Shown: positions 1-6,481 of the stretch, piece after piece | How the letters are laid out: each line of letters opens with the position of its first letter | Position numbering within the stretch: the first letter of the stretch is position 1 | DNA from: Ignavibacteriaceae bacterium | GTDB lineage: Bacteria > Bacteroidota > Ignavibacteria > Ignavibacteriales > Ignavibacteriaceae | Direction of reading: 5' to 3' | DNA length: 44,256 nucleotides | Assembly: GCA_046703345.1 (NCBI GenBank) | Contig: JBJKTB010000389.1 | Span: 1 to 44,256 of the forward strand | Made by a program: the position numbers and the translations under genes | The notes under the pieces: generated by a model | Told to the model about the DNA's origin: nothing | Databases searched by the model: none | What the model saw: the letters and a program-made list of their open reading frames with translations, nothing else

Positions 1-173
1 GTCTCGCTTTTCTTCGCCATATCTTCATAAGCATTTACATCCGTACCGATTGCAATGCGGCTTTCATCGGTGACCAGATAAGGCTCGCCTTGCAGCAGGT
101 TGCTTGTGGAAGCCTGCGTATCCAGGTTTGCCTTTGTAGTCCGTAAAATTTGTATCGTTTGCCCGCGGCTCAT
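1..173 (-). CDS. Tail-fibre-like protein, N-terminal fragment (continues beyond the window edge)
   Basis: Partial ORF, not in the ORF track. The ATG at 171-173 overlaps the stop of the 152-aa gene (TAATG). It reads MSRGQTIQILRTTKANLDTQASTSNLLQGEPYLVTDESRIAIGTD... to the edge. The N-terminus is paralogous to that of the 152-aa protein (KANL...GE..VT(T)D motif of phage fibre N-terminal domains). Confidence 0.5.
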   Translation of the reverse strand, partial: MSRGQTIQILRTTKANLDTQASTSNLLQGEPYLVTDESRIAIGTDVNAYEDMAKKSE

Positions 174-631
174 TAGAACGTGCCGCCGTCGATTGTATTA
201 ACGTTTAAAGTTACAAAAGCATTGCCGGCATCTTTAGTCCACGCCATTGTGCTGCCCATCCTTAAAACGCCGTCCGTGCCGTCCGTGCCCCAAATGTAGC
301 CTGCAGTGCCGCCGCTTACTACCGCAACAAGCTCATCGGTGCTGGCAGCCGGAATATTTAGAGCACTCTTAAAGTCGTTAAAAGTCATCTTCTTTTCTTT
401 TTGTTCTGCAGCTTCGCTGGCATCATGGATAAGGATTAAATCTTCCGCACCGCTTACACTTGCAAGCGCGGTAAGATCGTCCAGCGCGGGTACAACCGGG
501 ATCATCGTTGTTGCATCGGTCGGTAAATGCAAGGTGCCGCGGTCGGTTGTAACATGCAGCTCGCCCGCGTTCAATGAAGTTGAAGGCAGATTAGCTTTCA
601 ATCCCCTTTTTGTTTTTATTATCTGAGCCAT
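173..631 (-). CDS. Tail-fibre / receptor-binding-like protein (152 aa)
   Basis: RBS aaatttAGGAGtagaaaATG. N-terminal IKTKRGLKANLPSTSLNAGELHVTTD motif resembles phage tail-fibre (Mtd-type) N-terminal domains. C-terminus ...IDGGTF is shared with the neighbouring 104-aa protein. Lies at the distal end of the structural operon. Confidence 0.6.
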   Translation of the reverse strand: MAQIIKTKRGLKANLPSTSLNAGELHVTTDRGTLHLPTDATTMIPVVPALDDLTALASVSGAEDLILIHDASEAAEQKEKKMTFNDFKSALNIPAASTDELVAVVSGGTAGYIWGTDGTDGVLRMGSTMAWTKDAGNAFVTLNVNTIDGGTF

Positions 632-667
632 TTTCTACTCCTAAATTTTATAATTAATTTTATTCCG

Positions 668-982
668 TTATTCAAAAGTTCCGCCGTCTAATGTTTTAGT
701 AAATTTATACCCTCTGTCCTGCGTGCTGTCAACCATTAAAAAATAATCGTTCGATCCGATGGGGAGCCTTACCGGCTGCGCGCTCGCATCTCCAACTATC
801 AGATCTCCTTTCGCATTAATCGTAGAAGCACGGACGTAATCCGTTATACTTCCTCCCGACGGCCCCTGCTCTCCTATTTCAATAACCTCAAGGTTGTCGT
901 TAACAACTTCAATAACTTCGGATTCGTCAAATTCGAATACCTCTGTTTCGTTTTCCGTTATTACTATAAAATCTTTATCCAT
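668..982 (-). CDS. Fibre-associated virion protein (104 aa), function unassigned
   Basis: Start overlaps the upstream stop (TAATG). Acidic N-terminus, GDLIVGD...PVRLPIGSNDYFLMVDS motif, C-terminal LDGGTFE. Role inferred from context only. Confidence 0.55.
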   Translation of the reverse strand: MDKDFIVITENETEVFEFDESEVIEVVNDNLEVIEIGEQGPSGGSITDYVRASTINAKGDLIVGDASAQPVRLPIGSNDYFLMVDSTQDRGYKFTKTLDGGTFE

Positions 983-1332
983 TATTTTTTCGGGTTCTTT
1001 GTAATTTCGCCTTTAATTCTCCGGATCGGCTCCGGAGTCGTATTTATAATATCGAACTCATAATCTGCGGTTACAAAATTCAAGTCGGTTATTTTTGCGG
1101 CCGAAATATTTACGGAATATTTACCGTCGGTTGTGCCTACGGTAATTTCGCCGCTAGAAGGCGTATAGGTTGCCAGAAGCTCGCCGTCGCTTTTGCGGAA
1201 TATTTTTAATGATGCCGAAAAGCCCGTTATGTTAACGGGCGTTCTGCTGCTTTCTGTGCCGGTCTTCCAGACGAATGAAAAGCCCCAGGCAATTCCGTCT
1301 TCTATTATAAAGTTCTTTTGGGCTGCATCCAT
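982..1332 (-). CDS. Hypothetical virion protein (116 aa)
   Basis: Tightly packed in the structural operon (TAAATG junction with the upstream gene). Beta-rich composition. No family recognised. Confidence 0.6.
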   Translation of the reverse strand: MDAAQKNFIIEDGIAWGFSFVWKTGTESSRTPVNITGFSASLKIFRKSDGELLATYTPSSGEITVGTTDGKYSVNISAAKITDLNFVTADYEFDIINTTPEPIRRIKGEITKNPKK

Positions 1333-1692
1333 TTATTTCCCCGCATTTGCTGCCTTTTGAAAATCTATTACGTTCGATCCGGCTTTCTTCTGGGAGATCT
1401 TGCCGGTTAACAGCACAAGTTTGCTCCCGCATTCGGTAAGCTCATACCGCTTGCCTATAATTTCATTGTTGCCGGTTACATCCATTTCGTAGCAGTCGCC
1501 GTTAATCTGCAGGCCGCCGGTTCGCGTGGAAACGAAAATTGTTTTGCCGCCGGCTACGCTGTAAATACGCAAAGACTTTGCCTTATTATCAATAATATAA
1601 GGCACTTTTAATTTGCTTTTAACGGCCTTTTTATCGCCGCTTGATATTTCATCCTCGATGAATATATCTACTTCTTTTTTTTCTTTAGCCAT
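1333..1692 (-). CDS. Hypothetical virion protein (119 aa)
   Basis: ORF with a weak GGAA RBS, directly downstream of the hairpin that follows the 317-aa gene. No family recognised. Confidence 0.6.
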   Translation of the reverse strand: MAKEKKEVDIFIEDEISSGDKKAVKSKLKVPYIIDNKAKSLRIYSVAGGKTIFVSTRTGGLQINGDCYEMDVTGNNEIIGKRYELTECGSKLVLLTGKISQKKAGSNVIDFQKAANAGK

Positions 1693-1716
1693 TTCGAAAT
1701 TCCTTATTTTATTTTA

Positions 1717-1742
1717 AGCCGAAGGCTCAAAGGCCTTCGGCT
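1717..1742 (-). terminator. GC hairpin after the 317-aa gene (possible terminator or mRNA-stabilising element, no U-tract)
   Basis: AGCCGAAGGC (1717-1726) pairs perfectly with GCCTTCGGCT (1733-1742) around a 6-nt loop. On the coding (minus) strand it is followed by TAAAATAAAAT, not a T-run. Confidence 0.4.
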
Positions 1743-1748
1743 GAATAA

Positions 1749-2702
1749 TTAATAACCGATGGTTACCGTACCGCCGTTTGCGCCGTCATCATCATCAACG
1801 CCGCCGTAAGAAGCGCCGGTCTGAACCGTAATTTCATACGGCCTTACCATGCCTTCGTATGTACATTTCAGATTCCTTTTGTCGTCGGAAAAAGTCGGCT
1901 CGTCAACAGGAGTTAAAGTGCCGGCGGTAAAGTCAAATTCATCGTAATAGCTGCCTTCGTTCGGTATCTGCAGCTTAACTGTTTGGCTCATGTTCTTACT
2001 CAGCTGCGTAACTATTTTTGATATTGAGGCGTCTTTGCCGGTTATTTCCAAATGGCAGAGGAAGCCGTCTATCATATTAGCGCCCAAAGCATTTTCGGAG
2101 TCGATTGATTTTATTGAGAACTTTAAGTCTTCAAACTCCGATGCCGATATTAAGCTTGTACCGCTGGGTGCCTGAATAAGAAGATCGTTAAGGTGCGCTC
2201 TTCTTGCCTGCGTAAAATCAACTCCGTCAACCGTAGCGCCGAGCGAGATCGCCGATTCGCTGTCTGCTGCGTCCAGCATTGTCTGAACGGTTGAATAATC
2301 CGCCGCACCGGTTAAGGTTTCTTTTATGGATCTTCCGTCGAGTGTCAGCAGATATTCAAACGCAAGGCCAAGCACGAATGTTGATGCTGTAAATTTGAAA
2401 ACATCTTCGCTGTTCGCGGTGGAAGACTGCTTATCGCTGAGCATCTGCACATCCATGTTGCAGTTCATGTGCCTTAATAAGCCGGAAAATACATCAAGGG
2501 ATGAGTGGAATGTTTCATATTCGGCTTTTGCCTGCAGCATGTTCCTGGCGGTCCTCTGCTTATAATCTTTCCGCGTTTTATACGGGGAAAAGGTCAAAGT
2601 CGCTTTATCTCGGAAGCCTGCCATTACAATCCCGGCGGGAGTTGTGGCCAGTGTTCCGAGGTTGCATTTACCAATTGCTTTTATTCCAGGTATTGAAATC
2701 AT
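1749..2702 (-). CDS. Hypothetical major structural protein (317 aa; possible major tail protein, positional guess)
   Basis: RBS AGAGGTaaacaaaATG. Largest ORF between the capsid and fibre genes, followed by a strong hairpin. No family recognised from the sequence. Confidence 0.55.
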   Translation of the reverse strand: MISIPGIKAIGKCNLGTLATTPAGIVMAGFRDKATLTFSPYKTRKDYKQRTARNMLQAKAEYETFHSSLDVFSGLLRHMNCNMDVQMLSDKQSSTANSEDVFKFTASTFVLGLAFEYLLTLDGRSIKETLTGAADYSTVQTMLDAADSESAISLGATVDGVDFTQARRAHLNDLLIQAPSGTSLISASEFEDLKFSIKSIDSENALGANMIDGFLCHLEITGKDASISKIVTQLSKNMSQTVKLQIPNEGSYYDEFDFTAGTLTPVDEPTFSDDKRNLKCTYEGMVRPYEITVQTGASYGGVDDDDGANGGTVTIGY

Positions 2703-2720
2703 TTTGTTTACCTCTAATTT

Positions 2721-3215
2721 TTATGTTCTTAAATCTTCTTCCGCATAATCCAGCGGCACACCGAATGTAACCGGGTATTTCCAAACTCCGTTTGCTTCTT
2801 CCGCTAATGACGAAGCAACAGGATAAATTTTATTTTCATAGCCGGGGCGTTTGTTAAATACTTCAATCCCGGCAACCGCACCAAGAACAAAGTCGACATA
2901 ATCCGCCGGTATCATTTTATAATGTTCAACAGAAATTCTCGGGCTGTCTATAAAACGGATTATGGGGACAACCGAAATGAGCATTTCTCTTTTCATAAAT
3001 ATTTTGTTGCCGCGGTAATCATCCCGCTTTGTAAAATTATCGCCCGCATATAAAAGTCCTATAACTCCCACCGGATCTTTAAGCACGTAGCCGTCAAGCT
3101 GCGTAAGCCTTTCGACGGCAACACGGTTTGCCTGGTCCAGCTCTTTTAATTTTTCGCTCAAAGCATCTTCAATAACCTTAAACGCTTCCGATATTTTTTC
3201 TATTGTATATTCCAT
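2721..3215 (-). CDS. Hypothetical neck / head-tail joining protein (164 aa; possibly Mu gp37/DUF1834-like)
   Basis: RBS AAGGAattATG. First gene after the terminator that closes the lysis cassette. The pattern ...LDGYVLKDPVGVIGLLYAGD... is reminiscent of DUF1834 but unverified. Confidence 0.45.
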   Translation of the reverse strand: MEYTIEKISEAFKVIEDALSEKLKELDQANRVAVERLTQLDGYVLKDPVGVIGLLYAGDNFTKRDDYRGNKIFMKREMLISVVPIIRFIDSPRISVEHYKMIPADYVDFVLGAVAGIEVFNKRPGYENKIYPVASSLAEEANGVWKYPVTFGVPLDYAEEDLRT

Positions 3216-3226
3216 AATTCCTTTAT

Positions 3227-3262
3227 AAAAAAGCCGGAGGCGAGGAATGAACCCCCGGCTTT
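3227..3262 (-). terminator. Rho-independent terminator after the lysis cassette
   Basis: On the minus strand: AAAGCCGGGGG-loop-CCTCCGGCTTT followed by TTTTAT (stem of about 11 bp with one mismatch, T-run of 6 counting the stem end). Confidence 0.75.
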
Positions 3263-3269
3263 GTGGGCG

Positions 3270-3686
3270 TTATTGACTGGGGACCTTTAATTTAAATACT
3301 TTAAGTACCGCCGAGATTACCGGCCAGCTTGCAAACCCGTTTGCCATTAGCGAGGACGCGAGCCCGTATATAAAGATGTAATACCATTCAAGCTCGGCAA
3401 ACATTCCCAGCTGAAAGAGCCATCCTAGTGCGCTTATAATAAATCCTATGATAACGCTTACCCAAATTGTAACGCCGTCTTTTGTACTATATTTCTTTTT
3501 TACCAATGAGGTTAATAAAATAACCGCTGTTGTAAGTCCGGCAAGAGTAACAAATACAATATCCAGATTAATCGGCTCGGGCGGTGCGGTGCCCGTCTGG
3601 GCAATTGCGGCAACGGGCAGTACCACTATAAACAAGAGAACGGTGAATAGTATTTTTACGGCTTTATTAAAGAGTAATCGTAACAT
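3270..3686 (-). CDS. Multi-pass membrane protein, holin candidate (138 aa)
   Basis: Hydrophobic N-terminal leader plus three further predicted TM segments (IVFVTLAGLTTAVILLTSLV, VTIWVSVIIGFIISALGWLF, YYIFIYGLASSLMANGFASW). Last gene of the lysis cassette. Confidence 0.55.
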   Translation of the reverse strand: MLRLLFNKAVKILFTVLLFIVVLPVAAIAQTGTAPPEPINLDIVFVTLAGLTTAVILLTSLVKKKYSTKDGVTIWVSVIIGFIISALGWLFQLGMFAELEWYYIFIYGLASSLMANGFASWPVISAVLKVFKLKVPSQ

Positions 3687-3687
3687 G

Positions 3688-4146
3688 TTACCTCCTAATA
3701 AATAAATAGATTATTAATGCGATAAGCATCCCGACAAACACAAGCCCGATCTTTGCAAGCATCGGCGTCTGGATTATGTCCGGGGGCTGAGTAATTTTTA
3801 ACGTGTCCCAGTAAACTATTGAGTCGGGTTTTATTTTAAGATAGAACTCGCCCATGCTTTCAATTTTATTGCCTAAACTTTTATTGTCTTTAATCAGCTG
3901 CTCAACTCTTGCTCTTAATGCGGAGTCCGGTATAAATTTTACAACCTGCACAGTGTCTTTGCCTTCAATCCGGGTTGCTATAAATAAAGTATCTATCCAA
4001 TGCGAGTCCATCGTATTTTCAATTGTCGGCGGCTTAATTATCTTTGGTTTAATTTCCACCGTCTCTTTAGCTCCGCTGCATCCGAATAAAAGCAGCAGCG
4101 CCAGCATTGCAATAATTATTTTTATAAAAATTTTTATCTTTCTCAT
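3688..4146 (-). CDS. Lipoprotein with C-terminal transmembrane anchor, unimolecular spanin (u-spanin) candidate (152 aa)
   Basis: N-terminal signal with lipobox LLLLFGC|SG. Extreme C-terminal TM IGLVFVGMLIALIIYLFIRR. Lies immediately downstream of the endolysin gene. This topology matches T1 gp11-type u-spanins. Confidence 0.55.
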   Translation of the reverse strand: MRKIKIFIKIIIAMLALLLLFGCSGAKETVEIKPKIIKPPTIENTMDSHWIDTLFIATRIEGKDTVQVVKFIPDSALRARVEQLIKDNKSLGNKIESMGEFYLKIKPDSIVYWDTLKITQPPDIIQTPMLAKIGLVFVGMLIALIIYLFIRR

Positions 4147-4150
4147 AGAT

Positions 4151-4702
4151 CTAATATTTTACCAGTGTAAAATTCGTTATCCGGAAATAGTTAGCCGGCT
4201 GTATACATCTATTCTTTAAATAAACTCCCTCGCCATTATCCTGGCTGCCGCGCTCGTTGCTGCTTGTATTCCCTTCAACTGTTTTGCCGCATTGCTCGCC
4301 CCAGCTTCTTACAAAACCAATGTGCCCGCTTATAGTTTGACCTTTACGCCAAACAACAATAGTTCCGGGCTTAATTTTTACTTTTCCTATTAGTACATCA
4401 TTTGCTTTAATTGAATTCTTTCTGATGAAGGATCTTGCAAGTCCGGAGCGGACAGCCGGCTGCTTAGCTTTTGCAGCGGTTAAACAGTAAGAAACAAATG
4501 CGGCGCACCACGAATCACCGCGCCTGCGTCCTACGCTGTGCAGAAACTTTTCAACTGCCGGTCCGTCGTTATGCCCCGTTAATTCCGTTGTGCCCGCATA
4601 ACTCATTGCCGTATCCAATGCAGGGCACGCCGCGGTATATTGGCTAAGAGCCGAGAATAGCGGCAGCAACGATAAGAGCAAGAGACAACATAAAAATCGC
4701 AT
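4151..4702 (-). CDS. Peptidoglycan hydrolase / endolysin, CHAP (NlpC/P60-like, TIGR02594-like) domain, with N-terminal signal sequence
   Basis: Catalytic-type motifs DSWCAAFVSYCL (Cys), GHIGFV (His) and EGNTS. N-terminal MRFLCCLLLLSLLPLFSALS looks like a signal or SAR segment. The long start overlaps the upstream ORF by 59 nt. An alternative start at 4606 (MSYAG...) would remove both the signal and the overlap. Confidence 0.75.
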   Translation of the reverse strand: MRFLCCLLLLSLLPLFSALSQYTAACPALDTAMSYAGTTELTGHNDGPAVEKFLHSVGRRRGDSWCAAFVSYCLTAAKAKQPAVRSGLARSFIRKNSIKANDVLIGKVKIKPGTIVVWRKGQTISGHIGFVRSWGEQCGKTVEGNTSSNERGSQDNGEGVYLKNRCIQPANYFRITNFTLVKY

Positions 4703-4925
4703 AAGCGATGTTTCCTTTTTTTAATTCTGTAATTGTATCAATCTCGCGCATTGCATAATTATCAAACGCCCAGAATAATATTATACCCAGCGCAGCCTTT
4801 GCAAGCTCAACGCCGAATGACGACAGCTGGATTGCAAATTCAAACGTTATAAACACAGTCAGTATGGAAAGTAAAAAAGTTGTTATAAATAATTTACCGT
4901 GTGCCGATGTTAAAAAGTTTTTCAT
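4644..4925 (-). CDS. Small three-TM membrane protein (93 aa, DUF350-like C-terminus), holin/antiholin candidate
   Basis: TM-rich. The C-terminal ELKKGNIAYAIFMLSLALIVAAAILG resembles the DUF350 motif. The start overlaps the stop of the gp36-like gene (TAATG). Lies immediately upstream of the endolysin. Confidence 0.55.
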   Translation of the reverse strand: MKNFLTSAHGKLFITTFLLSILTVFITFEFAIQLSSFGVELAKAALGIILFWAFDNYAMREIDTITELKKGNIAYAIFMLSLALIVAAAILGS

Positions 4926-5383
4926 TAATATTTATCCCATAAATCGCTGTTGAACATTCTGTCGCTTGATGTCTTATTAGTTTTAATTTCATTTGAAATT
5001 GACTGCGGCTCTGTTGAGATCCCGATGTCAATCAATCCCTTATTTATATCCGACAATAACTTTAATCCTTCTTTGCGGATTGATAATATTGAGTCCGGCA
5101 TATTCTCCATGCTGCGCCGCTCATAGCAGTGGTAAATTGTAAAGCTGTCGCTTAGGTTTGCAATTATTCCCGGTACGGAAGTAAGCGGAAGCGTATATCT
5201 CCCGCGCAGATTTGCGTCAATTTCCTGCTGTGCAACATCCGCTGCTTCATTAAATCGGACAACTATATTATCGCTGCTGTCCGTAAGATCTATTTCATTA
5301 TCATTTCTTACTTCATCGTTAAGCAGCTGGATCAATGTCTGCTGGTTAATTCTTTTTGATACGCTATCTATGGTTGAATACAT
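4925..5383 (-). CDS. Head-tail connector protein, Mu gp36 / DUF1320-like (152 aa)
   Basis: N-terminal pattern ...TLIQLLNDE...AADVAQQEIDANLRGRYTLPL...IY.CYERR matches the DUF1320 signature. Lies directly downstream of the major capsid gene, as in Mu-like phages. Confidence 0.7.
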   Translation of the reverse strand: MYSTIDSVSKRINQQTLIQLLNDEVRNDNEIDLTDSSDNIVVRFNEAADVAQQEIDANLRGRYTLPLTSVPGIIANLSDSFTIYHCYERRSMENMPDSILSIRKEGLKLLSDINKGLIDIGISTEPQSISNEIKTNKTSSDRMFNSDLWDKY

Positions 5384-5405
5384 TTAAACTCTTAATCTTC
5401 TTTAT

Positions 5406-5437
5406 AAAAATCCCCCTCTCATATTCCAGAGAGGAGG
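5406..5437 (-). terminator. Rho-independent terminator after the major capsid gene
   Basis: On the minus strand: CCTCCTCTC-tggaatat-GAGAGGGGG (9-bp stem including one G-U) followed by ATTTTTAT. Confidence 0.7.
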
Positions 5438-5460
5438 ACCAGGGAACAGGGGGAAACTAT

Positions 5461-6390
5461 TTAAGCAATTACCGTACTGAATAAGTAACCGAGATCGTTA
5501 GCCGTTATTTTCTCTTTACAAGATTCTCCGGCTTTAATGTAGGTGCCGCCTTTCAGTCCGGATTTAGGTTCGGGCATCTGTCCTGCTACTGGCGTTCCGA
5601 AGCGTGCGGTATATCCGAACGTCATTCCGCGGGTTGTGTTTGCCAAGGTGTTGCGGTAGATTAAAGCGCAGTAATTACCCCAGACACGTGCAAAGCTTGC
5701 GGTCTGTCCTTTTTTGGATGAATTAAGCCAGCCCTGGCCGACTAGTATTTCCTGCAGTTCTAAAAGTTCCGCAACCGCCTGGCGCGCAGCTACTCCGCTG
5801 TCGCCGGAATTTTTATTTGTAGCTTTAATAACTTTCGGGTGCCTGCGCAGCACAGTCCAAACCGAATTACCTAGGACCATTACGTTCGGGCGCATTATGC
5901 ATACATCCAACGCGGTAAGAATATCTTCAATCGGGTCGGAGTTTGTAAAGTCGCTCCACTTATCCGTGCCGCTTAGTGCGGATTTGTTTGCGGATGCAAA
6001 GCTGGAAGTATTAAAGACAAGATCGGCTACGCGTTTTTCTCTTGCCAAAAGATTAAGATCCTGGATTCCTTCAACTGCATTGCCTAACGGATCATAGTTC
6101 GGCGGCGCGTTGTCAATATCATCCTGCGGTACCAGATCGGATAAGCCGTAATCGACACAAGTATCCGTATCTTCGGTTGCGTTAAATTCAACCTGGTTCG
6201 GTGTGCCTTTACGGCCGATGTAGTTGTCCGGCAAAGTAAACCTTTCCGATTTTTCGTAAGACAAATATTTGAATTCTTTTTTACCGACCTGCACGTAAGG
6301 CAGAACCTGGTCGGCAATTAAAGCTTCGTTCCTGTAAGCGATCGCAATCGCCGTCAGTTCGGGGGTGATTGGGAATGGTGCTAGTCCCAT
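5461..6390 (-). CDS. Major capsid protein (HK97 fold, lambda gpE / phage major capsid protein E-like), 309 aa
   Basis: Position after the protease/scaffold and decoration genes. Pattern ...DKWSDFTNSDPIEDILTALD...PNVMVLGNSVWTVLRRHPKV... parallels the gpE-family core. RBS AGGAGaaaataacATG. Followed by an intrinsic terminator. Confidence 0.8.
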   Translation of the reverse strand: MGLAPFPITPELTAIAIAYRNEALIADQVLPYVQVGKKEFKYLSYEKSERFTLPDNYIGRKGTPNQVEFNATEDTDTCVDYGLSDLVPQDDIDNAPPNYDPLGNAVEGIQDLNLLAREKRVADLVFNTSSFASANKSALSGTDKWSDFTNSDPIEDILTALDVCIMRPNVMVLGNSVWTVLRRHPKVIKATNKNSGDSGVAARQAVAELLELQEILVGQGWLNSSKKGQTASFARVWGNYCALIYRNTLANTTRGMTFGYTARFGTPVAGQMPEPKSGLKGGTYIKAGESCKEKITANDLGYLFSTVIA

Positions 6391-6443
6391 GTTATTTTCT
6401 CCTAAATATTAATTAAAAATTTTTTCATAGAACATTTTTCCGG

Positions 6444-6466
6444 GTCCCTCTTTTATATAGAGGGAC
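6444..6466 (-). terminator. Hairpin after the decoration-protein gene (weak terminator candidate, no U-tract)
   Basis: GTCCCTC (6444-6450) pairs with GAGGGAC (6460-6466) around a 9-nt AT loop, in the intergenic gap between the decoration and capsid genes. Confidence 0.35.
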
Positions 6467-6481
6467 TCAGGAAAGATTAAA

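Noticed and set aside
1-631. Diversity-generating retroelement target, suggested by the Mtd-like N-terminal motifs of the fibre proteins
   Set aside because: There is no reverse transcriptase gene in the unit, I noticed no template/variable repeat pair, and the C-termini do not look like C-type lectin variable regions. The N-terminal motif alone is common to many fibres.
173-982. Invertible (Gin/Cin-type) tail-fibre segment, as in Mu
   Set aside because: There is no serine invertase gene and I noticed no short inverted crossover sites flanking the fibre genes within the unit. The only large inverted repeat is the whole-window duplication.
1232-1432. 66-aa minus-strand ORF overlapping the 116-aa and 119-aa genes
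   Set aside because: It is out of frame and overlaps two tightly coupled genes, has an Arg/Cys-rich translation and no RBS.
982-1692. The 119-aa and 116-aa pair as tail-assembly chaperones with a programmed -1 frameshift
   Set aside because: The genes abut with a simple TAAATG junction, I found no slippery heptamer near the end of the first ORF, and no tape-measure gene follows.
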